Assembly: GCF_020745735.1 (NCBI RefSeq)
Contig: NW_026867531.1
Coordinates: 310,001-374,000, forward strand
Direction of reading: 5' to 3'
DNA length: 64,000 nucleotides
DNA from: Hemiscyllium ocellatum
Lineage: Eukaryota
Within the stretch, counting starts at the first letter, position 1, and each line of letters starts with the position of its first letter. Made by a program: the position numbers and the translations under genes. Shown piece after piece: positions 12,220 through 24,200 of the stretch. Under the pieces are notes generated by a model that made no database searches, was not told the origin of the DNA, and saw only the letters and a list, made by a program, of their open reading frames with translations.

Positions 12220-13590
12220 GAACCCCAACCTCAGCTACTAATCTTCTCAGAGCTCATTAGGGAGGGTGGTGAGGATGGAGGCAAATCCCAGTAAATAAAA
12301 CCAAGCAGTGAACTCGCCCAGCTGACTGACTGTGAAGTTATAAACCTCCCTGGAAACCGAGCGGGCAGCAAAGAGAAACAAACAGTGACATTTCACAGCT
12401 GCCCTCAGAGAGACCTCACTCTCAAATGACTCAGAGCTGGGGATCAGCTCAGTGGGTTTCAGTCTCTTCAAAGATAAATCTTTGTTTTATTTTCATAAAT
12501 CTACAATAGTGAGTAAGGTGAGGGCTTTATTTTAATATGTCTTATGGTCTCTTTATTAATTTTTGAAAATATAAAACACAGGTATTAAGTTATTCTAGGG
12601 CAGTATTTTGTAGAGCAGTAAGACTGTGCCTTTTTCTGGGTCTGTAAAATGTTAAGTTGCAGAGATAGCCATTCTTTGAGTGATGTGCCCTTCCTGTCAG
12701 ATGTCTGAGATTAGGGAACATTTCAATGATCCTGATGATGATGTCTGCATGAAGAGTGGTTGCAAATCCTATCGATCGCATAGATCTGTTGGAGCGACAG
12801 TTAAAGGCAGTGAGGCACTCACAGGAGCTAGGAAGTGTGATCTGCGATTCAGGCAGAAAACCTGCAGATACAGTCAGGTAGATGGGTTATCTCCAGGAAA
12901 GGTAGGAGAGGGAGGCAGGTAGTGCAGGCGTCACCCCTGTCTATCCCACTCTCAAACAAGTATACTGCTTTGGAAAATGTAGGGGGTCACAGACACTCAG
13001 AATGCAGCAGTGGCAGCCAAGTTACTGGTACTGAGACGAGCTCTAACGTAATGTGAGGTATATCCAGTTCCACATGATCGATGGTGATAGGGGACTCTCT
13101 AGTCAGGGGCACAGACTGCTGTTTCTGCAGCTGACAGTGAGACTTCAGAATGGGGTGGTGCCTCCCTGGTGTCAGGGTCAAGGATGTCTCAGAGAGGGAG
13201 CAGAATATTCTCAAAGGGGAGAAAACCCAAAGTGAATGTGAGGAAAGAGCTAAGTCTGAGGCTGGTACGGTTCATACATCAACAGTCAAGGGCAAGGCAG
13301 AGAATGAGGTGGGACTGAGCACCTCCATTTACTTCAATGCAACAGGCCCAACAGGTCAGGCAGATGGGCTCAGGATATGATTTGAAATAGCATTGGGATA
13401 TTATAGCAATTACAGAGACATCACTCAGGGATGGATAGACTAGCAGCTTAATGTTCCAGGGTATAGATGCTATAGCAAGGATAGAAAGGGGGCAACAGAG
13501 CAGGGGGAGAAGTGTTTTTGATGAGGGATAACATTACGGCTGGCCTTCAGGAGGGTATTCCTGGGAGTATATCCAGGGGTGAAAATGCAT
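12220..13590 (+). mobile_element. CR1 5' portion: 5'UTR, ORF1 (Cys-rich N-terminus plus SGNH esterase fragment), APE start, with internal deletions
   Basis: CPSCQMSEIR...DDVCMK, IDGDRGLSSQGH / WCLPGVRVKDVSER esterase-type motifs, and a YFNA...DIIAITET APE start. Confidence 0.7.
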
Positions 13591-13839
13591 TGCTGGAAAA
13601 GGGCAGCAGGTCAGGCAGCATCCAAGGAGCAGGAGATTCGACGTTTTGGGCATAAGCCCTTCTTCAGGAATGAGGAAAGTGTGTCCAGCAGGCTACGATA
13701 AAAGGTAGGGGACTGAGAAGTTAGAAATTAGTGATCCCCTTATTGGGATTGTACTACCAATCCCCAGCCCCTCAAATAATCCCCCAGGAGATCACTGTTC
13801 TCTGTAAGAATAGAATGGTTGCATACAAGACTTGACCTT

Positions 13840-14160
13840 TTTTTTCCTTTGTTCACTCACAGGATGAGGGTGTCACTGGCTGGGCCCAGAGGGCAGTCAA
13901 CAGTCAACCACATTGCTGTGGGTCTGGAGTCACCTGTAGGCCAGACCAGGTAAGGATGGCAGATTCCTTCCCTAAAGGACATGAGTGATCCAGGTGGGCT
14001 TTTCCAACAATTGACAGTGGATTCATTGTCATCATTAGATTCTTAATTGCAGATTTTTATTGATTTCACATTCCACTATCTGCAGTGTCTGGATTCAAAC
14101 CCAGGTCCCCCGATGGTTATCTGGGTCTCTGGATTAACTGGCTGGCGATAATATCACGGG
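13840..14160 (-). mobile_element. DeuSINE (SacSINE1-like)
   Basis: Reverse complement of the Deu core (ggaaggaatctgccatccttacctggtctggcctac...cccacagcaatgtggttgact) plus a tRNA-like head. Confidence 0.7.
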
Positions 14161-14220
14161 GCCATCACCGCCTCTTCTCTTGGGAAATGAGCCAGGGTGA
14201 GTTTCTGAGGTATCAGTGGG

Positions 14221-14434
14221 TAAAAAGTGAGGTCTGCAGATGCTGGAGATCAGAGCTGAAAATGTGTTGCTGGTTAAAGCGCAGCAGGTCAGGCAGCATC
14301 CAAGGAACAGGAAATTCGATGTTTCGGGCACAAGCCTGATTCCTGATGAAGGGCTCTGGCCCGAAACGTCGAATTTCCTGTTCCTTGGATGCTGCCTGAC
14401 CTGCTGCGCTTTAACCAGCAACACATTTTCAGCT
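14221..14434. mobile_element. Miniature PLE insertion: inverted terminal arms, hammerhead motif, 16-bp TSD
   Basis: Arms 14254-14329 and 14359-14434 are reverse complements (76 bp, 1 mismatch). TSD ctgaggtatca(g/c)tggg at 14205-14220 and 14433-14448. Confidence 0.85.
14339..14374 (+). ncRNA. Minimal type-I hammerhead ribozyme motif (PLE family A)
   Basis: ATTC-CTGATGA-A-GGGC-TCTG-GCCC-GAAAC-GTC-GAAT: conserved core, 4-bp helices I and II, palindromic ACGT helix III. Confidence 0.75.
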
Positions 14435-14477
14435 GAGGTATCACTGGGGCAGCACATCAGCACTGAAGATCCCACAG

Positions 14478-14646
14478 TATTGTGGCTCAGTGGTTAGCAC
14501 TGCTGCCCACGCACCAGGGACCTGGGTTTGATTCCAGCCTCAGGCGACTGCTTGTGTAAAATTTGCACATTCTCCCAGTGTCTGCATGGGTTTCCTCCCA
14601 CAATCCAAAGATGTGCAGATTCGCTGCATTACCCATGTTAATTTGC
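14478..14646 (+). mobile_element. V-SINE (HE1-like), interrupted by the PLE at 14647
   Basis: gtggctcagtggttagcactgctgcc...gggtttcctcccacaatccaaagatgtgcag. Confidence 0.8.
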
Positions 14647-17556
14647 TAAGAGAAAGTGAGGACTGCAGATGCTGGAGGTCAGAGCTGAAAATATGTTGCT
14701 GGAAAAGCGCAGCAGGTCAGGTAGCATCCAAGGAACAGGAGAATCGACGTTTCGGGCATGAGCCCTTCTTCAGGAATGAGGAAAGTGTGTCCAGCAGGCT
14801 AAGATAAAAGGTAGGGAGGAGGGACTTGGGGGAGGGGTGTTGGAAATGCGATAGGTGGAAGGAGGTCAAGGTGAGGGTGATAGGCCGGAGTGGGAGTGGG
14901 GGCGGAGAGGTCAGGAAGAAGATTGCGGGTTAGGAAGGCGGTGCTGAGTTCGAGGGTTGGGACTGAGCCAAGGTGGGGGGAGGGGAAATGAGGAAACACC
15001 ACGCCTAACCCCACCCCCACGCCGATCTCCGTCCTCGTTCCGATTCCCGCCACCATGCCTAACGCCGCCCCACTCCCAGCTTCAGCCCCACACCAGGTCC
15101 TGGCTCCCAGCACTGCCGTGTTTTCACCATCCCTCCAGACCTCCCCCCTCTCTGAGGATGAAAGATCAGTCCTCCGCAGAGGCCTCACCTTCATTCCCCT
15201 ACGCTCTCGGATTAATGAGTTCAACACGCGGCGAAACATCGAGCAATTCTTCCGCCGCCTTCGCCTTCGCGCCTACTTCTTCAACCAGGATTCTCACCCA
15301 CCCTCTGACGACCCCTTCTCCCGCCTCCAACACACCCCATCCACCTGGACACCCCGTGCTGGCCTCTTACCCGCCCTCAATAGCCAACTGCCGCCGCGAC
15401 ATTAACCACCTTAACCTCTCCACCCCTCTCACCCACTCCAACCTCTCACCCTCAGAACGTGCAGCCCTCCACTCCCTCCGCTCCAACCCCAACCTCACCA
15501 TCAAACCGGCAGACAAGGGAGGCACAGTAGTAGTTTGGCACACCAACCTTTACACCGCTGAGGCTAAACGCCAGCTCGCGGACACCTCCTCCTACTGCCC
15601 CCTTGACCATGACCCCACCTCCCACTACCAAACCATCATCTCCCAGACCATCCATAACCTCATCACCTCAGGGGATCTCCCATCCACCGCCTCCAACCTC
15701 ATAGTCCCACAACCCCGCACCACCCGTTTCTACCTCCTGTCCAAAACAAACCTGACTGCCCCGGCCGACCCATTGTCTCAGCCTGCTCCTGTCCCACCGA
15801 ACTCATCTCTACATATCTCGAAACAATCCTGTTCCCCTTAGTCCAAGAACTCCCCACCTACATTCGGAATACCACCCAAACCCTCCACCTCCTCCATGAT
15901 TTTTGCTTCCCCGGTCCCCAACGCCTTATCTTCACCATGGACATCCAGTCCCTGTACACCTTCATCCCCCATCATGAAGGACTCAAAGCCCTCTGCTTCT
16001 TCCTTTCCCGCCACACCAACCAGTACCCTTCCACTGACACCCTCCTTCGACTGACTGAACTGGTCCTCACCCTGAACAACTTCTCTTTCCAATCCTCCCA
16101 CTTCCTCCAAACCAAAGGAGTAGCCATGGGCACCCGCATGGACCCCAGCTATGCCTGCCTCTTCGTAGGATATATCTTCCGCAGCTACACTGGCACCATC
16201 CCCCACCTTTTCCTCCACTACATCGATGACTGTATCGGCGCTATCTCATGGAGGCAGGTTGAACAGTTCATCCACTTTACCAACACCTTCCACCCCGACT
16301 TCAAATTTACCTGGACCATCTCAGACTCCTCCCTCCCCTTCCTAGACCTCTCTATTTCTATCTCGGGCGACCAAATCAACACGGACATTTACTACAAACC
16401 AACCGACTCCCACAGCTACCTAGACACACCTCCTCCCACCCTGCCCCCTGTAAAAATGCCATCCCATATTCCCAATTCCTTTGTCTTCACTGCATCTGCT
16501 CCCAGGAGGACCACTTCCAATACAACCCAGATGGCCTCCTTCTTTAAAGACCGCAATTTCCCCCCAGACATGATCGATGATGCTCTCCACCACATCGCCT
16601 CCACTTCCCACTCCTCCGCCCTTGTGTCCCGCCTCTCCATTCGCCACCAGGATAGAACCCCACTGGTCCTCACCTACCACCCCACCAACCACATCGTATC
16701 ATTCATCATCATTTCTGCCACTTCCAAACGGACCCCACCACCAGAAATATATTTCTCTCCCTTCCCCTATCAGCGTTTCGAACACTTCACTCCCTCCGTG
16801 ACTCCCTCGTCAGGTCCGCATCCCCCCACCAACCCAACCTCCTCTCCCGGCACCTTCCCTGGAATCGTGAGAAATGCAAAACTTGTGCCCACACCTCCCC
16901 CCTTACTTCCCTCCAAGGCCCCAAAGGATCCTTCCATATCCGCCACAAATTCACCTGCATCTCCATTTACTGCATCCGCTGCACCCGATGTGGCCTCCTC
17001 TATATTGGGGAGACAGGCCACCTACTTGCGGAACGTTTCAGAAAACACATCTGGGACACCCGGACCAACCAACCCAACCACCCCGTGGCTCAACACTTCA
17101 ACTCCCCCTCCAATCCACCAAGGATATGCAGGTCCTTGGACTCCTCCATCACCAGACCATAGCAACACGACGACTGGAGGAAGAGCACTTCACCTTCCGC
17201 CTAGGAACCCTCCAACCACAAGGGATGAACTCAGATTTCTCCAGTTTCCTCATTTCCCCTCCCCCCACCTTGTCTCAGTCCCAACCTTCGAACTCAGCAC
17301 CACCTTCCTAACCTGCAATCTTCTTCCTGACCTCTCCGCCCCCAACCCCACTCCGGCTAATCTCCCTCACCTTGACCTCCTTCAACCTATCACATCTCCA
17401 ACGCCCCTCCCCCAAGTCCCTCCTCCCTACCTTTTATCTTAGCCTGCTGGACACACTTTCCTCATTCCTGAAGAAGGGCTCATGCCCGAAACATCGATTC
17501 TCCCGCTCCTTGGATGCTGCCTGACCTGCTGCACTTTTCCAGCAACACATTTTCAG
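14647..17556 (+). mobile_element. Penelope-like element (Neptune-type): inverted 5' pseudo-LTR, frameshifted RT plus GIY-YIG ORF, 3' pseudo-LTR, 14-bp TSD
   Basis: RT motifs IKPADKGG, KGVAMGTRM and YIDD. Cys linker (NREKCKTCAH after frameshift). GIY-YIG IYCIRCTRCGLLYIGETG near 16965-17020. Inverted pLTR about 14647-14997. TSD ccatgttaatttgc at 14633-14646 and 17557-17570. Confidence 0.9.
14743..14777 (-). ncRNA. Hammerhead motif in the inverted pLTR (core intact)
   Basis: Minus strand ATTC-CTGAAGA-A-GGGC-TCAT-GCCC-GAAAC-GTC-GATT. Confidence 0.65.
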
Positions 17557-17574
17557 CCATGTTAATTTGCCCAT

Positions 17575-18060
17575 GGTATCGAGATGCAATAGATGAGGTG
17601 ATTGGATGTGCAGGAAAATCTCTGTCTGGTGTGAAAAGATCCTTTGGGGCATTGGACAGGGGTGAGGTGGGGAGGTGTGGGTGCATGTTTTACTGTTCCC
17701 CCGGCAGTAAGGGAAGGTGAAGGGTTGGTTGGTGGGGAGGCGTAAACCTAACGAGGGCATCACGACAGGGAATGGTCTCTGCGGAACACAGATAGGGCAG
17801 GGGAGGGAAACATGTCCCTAGTGGTGGGGTCTGACTAGGTAGCAGAAATGGAAGAGATTAATGTGCTGTTTCTGGATTGTGTGGCAGGTGAGGACCAGGG
17901 GATTATATTCTTCTTGTAGTTGGGAGGGGTGGTATAAAGGCGGAGGTGCGGGAAGTGGAGGATATGTGTTGGAGGGCATTGCTGATCAAGTGTGAGGGAA
18001 ATTGCAGTCCTTGAAATAGGAAAACTTTCTGGGATGTCCTGGAGTGCAATTGCTTTGCCT
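17575..18060 (-). mobile_element. Degenerate PLE RT-thumb/endonuclease fragment
   Basis: Minus strand resembles 16500-17000 (NSKTCTHTSPP linker; FPSHLISNALQHISSTSR). Confidence 0.6.
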
Positions 18061-18109
18061 GGGAGTAGATAGGGCAGAGGCAGAGGAATTGGGAATACAG
18101 GATCATGTT

Positions 18110-19990
18110 TTTACAGGAATATACTCTAGGGTAATCAGGAGGGCAAAAAGGAGACATGAAATAGCTTCAGGAAATGGTTTAAGGAGAATCCAAAGAAATT
18201 CTACAAATACATCAAGGATAAAATACAAATACACCAGACAGAGAATAGGACCCCTTAATGATCAACAAGGCCGTGTATGGAACAACAGGAGGTGGGAGAG
18301 GTACTATACTGTTCTTGTATTTCATGTCTTTTTTTTACTAAAGAAGGATATGGAAACTAGAGAGTTTGGAGAAATAAACAGTGATAACTTGAAAAGTGTC
18401 CATGTTACAGTGGAGGTGGTACTGGATGGCTCAAATCGCATCAAGGTGGATAGATCCCTGGGTCCTGATCAGGTGTATTCCAGCAATTTGTGGAAAGCTT
18501 GGGAAGTGATTGCAGTGCCCCTTCCTGAGGTATTTATATCATCGTGGTAAGGAAAGGCCAGGGAACAAGAGAACAGCCAGCCTGAAGTCAGTGGCAGGCA
18601 AGTTGTTGGAAGGGATTCTGAGGGACAGGATTTACATGTATTTGGAAAGGCAAGGAATGATTAGGGATCGTCAACATGGCTTTTTGCGTCAGAAATTGTC
18701 TCTCTCCAACTTGGTTGAGATTTTTTGAAGAAGTGATTGGAAGATTGATGAAGACAGACTGTGGACGTTGTCTATATGGGCATTGAACAAAGTTCCACAA
18801 AGCAGACTGGTTAGTAAGGTTAGATAACATGGAATGCAGGGAGAACTAGCCATTGGGATACAAAACTGGCTTGTAGGTAGGAGACAGAGGGTGGTGATGG
18901 AGGGTTGATTTCTGGACTGGAAGCCTGTGAGAAGCAGCGTGCTGTGGGAATGGATATTTGAATCCTTAAATAAATTATTTGGATGTGAATATATGAGGTA
19001 GGTTTACATAAAACAACAAAATTGGAGGTGTAATGGACAGTGAAGAAAGTTAGTTCAGAATAAAAAGGATCTTGATCAGATGGGCCATTGGAGCGAGGAA
19101 TGGCAGACAGATTTTAATTTAGACAAATGTGAGCTGCTGCGTTTTGGAAAAGAAAATCAGGGCAGAACTTAATACACTTAATGGGAAGGTCCTGGGGAGT
19201 GTTGCTGAACAAAGAGACCTTGGAGTGTGGGTTCATTGCTCCTTGAAAGTAGAGTCACAGGTAGGCAGGGTAGTGAAGGTGGTGTTTGGTCTGCTTATAT
19301 TTATTGGTCAATACATTGATTGCAGAAGCTGGGACGTCATATTGTGATTGGATAGAACATTGATTGAGCCATTTCAGGAATCCTGTTTTCAATTCGAATT
19401 TCCCTGTTCTAGGAAGGATGTTGTGAAACTTGAAATGGTTCAGACAAGATTTCCAAAGACTTTGCTATGGTTGGAGGATTTGGGCTACAGGGAGAGGCTG
19501 AATAGGCTGGGGCTATTTTCACTGGAGAGTCAAAGACTGAGAGGTGACTTTTGGGTGATTTATAAAATCATGAGGAGCATGGATACAATGAACAGCTGGG
19601 GTCTTTTTTCCCCAGGTTAAGTGAGTCCAAAACAAGACCACGTGGGTTTAAGTTGAGAGGGCAAAGATTTAAAAGGGATCTAAGGGGCAACGTTTTCAAG
19701 TAAAAAATGAGGTCTGCAGATGCTGGAGATCACAGTTGAAAATGCGTTGCTGATGAAGGGCTTATGCCCGAAACGTCGAATTTCCTATTCCTTGGATGCT
19801 GCCTGATCTGCTGTGCTTTAACCAGCAACGCATTTTCAACGGCAACGTTTTCAAGCTGAGTGTGGTGTATGGATGGAATGAGCTGCAAGAGAAGTAATGG
19901 AGGCTGATACATTTACAACATTTAAAAGGCATCCGATTGGGTACATGAATAGGGAGGGATTTGAGGAATTCAGACCAATAGCTGGCAAGT
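18110..19990 (+). mobile_element. Degenerate 5'-truncated CR1 ORF2
   Basis: Scattered DRSLGPD, QHGF and RLGLFSLE motifs plus a CR1 3' end. Interrupted at 19701-19840. Confidence 0.8.
19701..19840. mobile_element. Miniature PLE insertion (140 bp) with hammerhead core and perfect 15-bp TSD
   Basis: TSD ggcaacgttttcaag at 19686-19700 and 19841-19855. Core CTGATGA-A-GGGC-TTAT-GCCC-GAAAC-GTC at 19750-19777. 18-bp inverted arms at 19735-19752 and 19823-19840. Confidence 0.88.
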
Positions 19991-20142
19991 GGGACTCTGT
20001 TAGTTTAGGATTCCTAGTTGGCATGGGCGAATTGGACCATTGTTTCTGTGCTGTACATCTCAGCACAGATAATTCTCCTTGGATGTGAGAAGGTTAAGCA
20101 GTGATTATGACCAGGTGTAGATTTGTTTCCAAGATATTTTAT

Positions 20143-20430
20143 GGGTGGCACAGTGGTTAGCACTGCTGCCTCACAGCGCCAGAGACCCGGGTTCAATTCC
20201 TTCCTCAGGCGACTGACTGTGTGGAGTTTGCACGTTCTCCCCGTGTCTGTGTGGGTTTCCTCCAGGTGCTCCAGTTTCTTCCCACATTCCAAAGATGTGC
20301 GGGTCAGGTGAATTGGCCATGCTAAATTGTCCGTAGCTTAATGTAGGGGTATGGGTGGGTTACGCTTTGGTGGGTCGGTGTGGACTTGTTGGGCAGAAGG
20401 GCCTGTTTCCACACTGTAAGTAATCTAATA
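20143..20430 (+). mobile_element. V-SINE (HE1-like), near full length
   Basis: tRNA-like A/B boxes (ggcacagtggttagc; gggttcaattcc), V domain and CR1-like tail. Confidence 0.88.
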
Positions 20431-21004
20431 TTTAATTTGAAGAGAGAGTGGAATTTTTAATAATGTCACAATTTTAGCAACTACTTTAAGTTAATTAGCA
20501 AATAATACAAGGTGAATATGTGACCTATACTTTACTCAGTACATTCTGAGCATCTGGAACGGTCTGAACAGCAGGTGGACACAGATTCAGCAGGTATTCT
20601 CAAACAGATTTGCAATTTTACTTTTTAAGGAAAGTCTTGGGAGGTTGTGGCCAAATATGAGGGGAATTGGGACAGATTTGCAGCATCTCCAGAGGGAGAG
20701 AGTACAGCTCCAATGGGCTGAATAGCCCCCAGCCTCTGTGCTCTGTGATACTGCCCCATTCACTGTGAATGATGAAGCTCATCCCAGGGCAGAGAGAGGT
20801 AGGAGCCCTCCACTCTCATCACAATGGGGCCTGGCTCACTGACCAATAGGAGGTGAGTTGGTGTGGTCCTTCCAGCCAATGGGAATGAATAAGAGGCGTG
20901 GCCAGCAAGATGCCACATGACCATGAGCTGTGCAGGGACAATGTCACTGTGAGTGGGAGAGCCAGCAGAGAGGCTGCTAGACCTGAATGACAAACTCCTG
21001 GTCA

Positions 21005-21253
21005 ATTAAAACCAAAAGAACTGTGGATGCTGTAAATCAGAAACAACAACCAGGAGGCTCGTGAAAATGTCAGCGGCCGAACAGCATCTGTGAAGAGAAA
21101 CCAGAGTTAAAGTTTCCGATCCAGTGACCCTTCCTCAGAACTGACGTTACCGAGGGAAAAAAGTCAGTTTATATGCAGAAGGTAGGGTGGGGGGAGGATG
21201 TAAGGAGTAAAGGGGAGGTGGGGATAGAGTGAGAAGAACAGTTCGATAAAGGA
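21005..21253 (-). mobile_element. PLE family-B terminal repeat, left part (continues at 26144-about 26420, split by the Tx1 insertion)
   Basis: Degenerate hammerhead at 21106-21141. Sequence joined across the TSD matches the uninterrupted paralog at 30215-30330. Confidence 0.65.
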
Positions 21254-24200
21254 TTTTTTTTATTTCAAAAATATACTTTATTCATAAATACTTTGATCTA
21301 TACAACTGGACATGCCGTACATAGGTAAACATTCCATTTCTTTTCATACCGAAACAGAGTAATCATTCCTATTTACAGGTCGGTATGATTATATTTTGAG
21401 CTGAGGTGCCAGCAGAGCCCAAATGACTACGTGGGCCCCCTGTTCTTCTTAGGCAGGCAGATGTTACACGGTGGTCTTTCCCCACCGCGCCTTGGCGGCA
21501 GCTGCCCCAAGCTTCAGCGCGTCCCTCAACACGTAGTCCTGGACCTTGGAATGTGCCAGTCTGCAACACTCAGTCGGGGTCAACTCCTTCAGCTGGAAGA
21601 TCAACAGGTTTTGGACCGCCCAGAGAGCGTCCTTCACCGAGTTGATGATCCTCCAGGCGCAGTTGATGTTCATCTCGGTGTGCGTCCCGGGCAACAGGCC
21701 GTAGAGCACGGAGTCCCGCGTCACGGCGCTGCTCGGGACGAACCTCGACAAACACCACTGCATTCCTCTCCAGACTTCCTCTGCATAGGCACATTCCAGA
21801 AGGAGGTGTGTGACAGTCTCGTCCACCCCGCAGCCGCTTCGAGGGCAGCGTGCGGTGCGGCAGAGAGTCCGGGCGTGCATAAAGGATCTCACAGGCAGAG
21901 CCCTTCTCATCACCAGCCAAGCCATGTCTTGGTGCTTGTTGGAAAGTTCTAGCGATGAGGCATTCTGCCAAATAGCTTTGACAGTCTGCTCAGGGAACCA
22001 CTCGACAGGATCCGCCCTCTCCTTTTCCCAAAGGGTCTCAAGGACACTACGTGCTGACCACTTCCTGATGGACTTGTGGTCAAAGGTGTTTTTCTTCATA
22101 AATTTCTCCACGAAGGACAGGTGGTACGGAACGGTCCAACTACTCGGAGCGTTCTGCGGCAGCGAGGCCAGGCCCATCCTTCGCCGCACCGGGGACAGGT
22201 AGAACCTCAGTACGTAGTGACACTTGGTGTTTGTGTACCGGGGATCCACGCACAGCTTGATGCAGCCACACACTAAGGTGGCCATCAGGGTGAGGGTGGC
22301 ATTGGGCGTGTTTTTTTCCCCATTGCACTGGTCTTTGTACATTGTGTCTCTTCGGACCCGGTCCATCTTTGATCTCCACATGAAGTGGAAGATGACCCGG
22401 GTGACTGCGGCGGCACAGATTCTGGGGATAGGCCAGACCTGTGCCACATATAACAATACTGAGAGTACCTCACACCTGATGACCAGGTTTTTTTCCCATG
22501 ATGGAGAGCGACCGTTGCTCCCATCTGCCTAGTTTCTGTCTCATCTTCCTGATCCGCTCCTCCCATGTTTTGGCGCACGCCCCAGCCCCCGGACCCAAAT
22601 ACCCAGCACCTTCAGGTGGTCAGTCCTGACGGTGAAGGGGATAGAGGATTGGTCGGCTCAGTTCCCGAAGAGCATGGCCTCGCTCTTGCCTCGGTTTACC
22701 TTGGCCCCCGAGGCCCGTTCGAACTGGTCGCAGATGCACAGGAGTCTGTGCACAGACAGCTGATCCGAGCAGAAAACGGCGACGTCATCCATGTACAGGG
22801 AGGCCTTAACCTGTAGGCCTCCGCTGCCAGGAATAGTCACCCCTCTCAGGCTCGCATCCTTCCTGATGGATTCGGCAAATGGCTCTATGCAACACACAAA
22901 CAAGGCGGGTGAGAGGGGGCAGCCCTGCCTGACTCCAGATCTTACAGGGAAGCTATCTGATTCCCACCCATTGATTGAGACTGAACTGACAATGTTGGTG
23001 TAGAGCAGTCTGATCCAATTCCCTCCCCAAAGCCCATTTTGGAGAGGACATCCCTCATATATGTATGCGATATCCTGCCAAAGGCTTTCTCCTGGTCCAG
23101 GCTGATGAGGCAGGTGTCCAGCCCCCTGTCCTGCACGTAGGCGATCGTATCCCTGAGGACGGCAAGACTCTCAGAGATCTTCCTGCCCGGTACAGCACAG
23201 GTTTGGTCAGGGTGGGTCACCGATCCCAGAGCAGACCTGACCCGGTTGGTGATGACCTTTGACAAGATTTTGTAGTCTGTGTTTAACAGTGAGATCAGTC
23301 TCCAGTTTCTAGTTTCTTCCCCCTCCCCCTCCTGCTTGTAGATGAGGGTGATGATGTCTTTCCTCATGGATTCACTCATGGTACCTACCTGAAACATACT
23401 GACATACACCTCCAGCAGGTCCCGGCCAATCAAGTCCCGAAGAGCAGAATAGATCTCGACCGGTAAGCCGTCGCTTCTGGGAGTTTTATTCTTTTCAAAG
23501 GACTCGAGGGCCTTGGTCTGCTCATCCAGAGATAGCGGCTGGTCCAGCCTCTCTCGTGTTCCGTCATCTAGGACCTCCGTGATAGAGGACAGGAACGACT
23601 GGGAGGCCGCGCTGTCGGTTGGCTTCGAGTCATACAGACTGGCATAGAAGGATTTGCTGATCCTCATGATGTCAGCCTGAGATGACGTTACCGAGCCATC
23701 TTCTTCCTTCAGGCTGCTGAGCACGGAGCTCTCTTTGTGCACCTTCTGGAAAAAGAAACATGAGCACGTCTCGTCCTGCTCCACGGAGCAGACTCTGGAC
23801 CGGAAGATTATCTTGGAGGCCTCCGAGGTAAAGAGTGAGGCTTGCTGGCCCTTCACCTCTTGGAGGTCCCCCGTGACATCGACCCCCAACGTCTGCAACA
23901 GGAGCATGTTCTGCTTACTTTCCTGGAGTTGGGACAGTTTTCCCCACCTCTCCCTCGCCTCCTGAACACCTTTGAGGATGAAGAACCTCTTGATGTTCCC
24001 TTTTACTGTTTCCCACCAGTCTGCTGGAGACTCAAAGAGGGGCTTCGCGGTTCTCCAACCTGCGTAATCCCTCTTGAGCTCCTCGATGTTTCCCGGGGTC
24101 AACAGCTTAGTGTTTAGTTTCCATGTTCCCTTACCCGCCCGCTGCTCGTCTTGTAGGTGACAGTCGGCCAGCAGGAGGCAGTGGTCAGAGAAGAACACCG

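Noticed and set aside
15937-17442. 501-aa ORF as a novel protein
   Set aside because: It is PLE RT read in frame and then out of frame; the C-rich strand has few stops.
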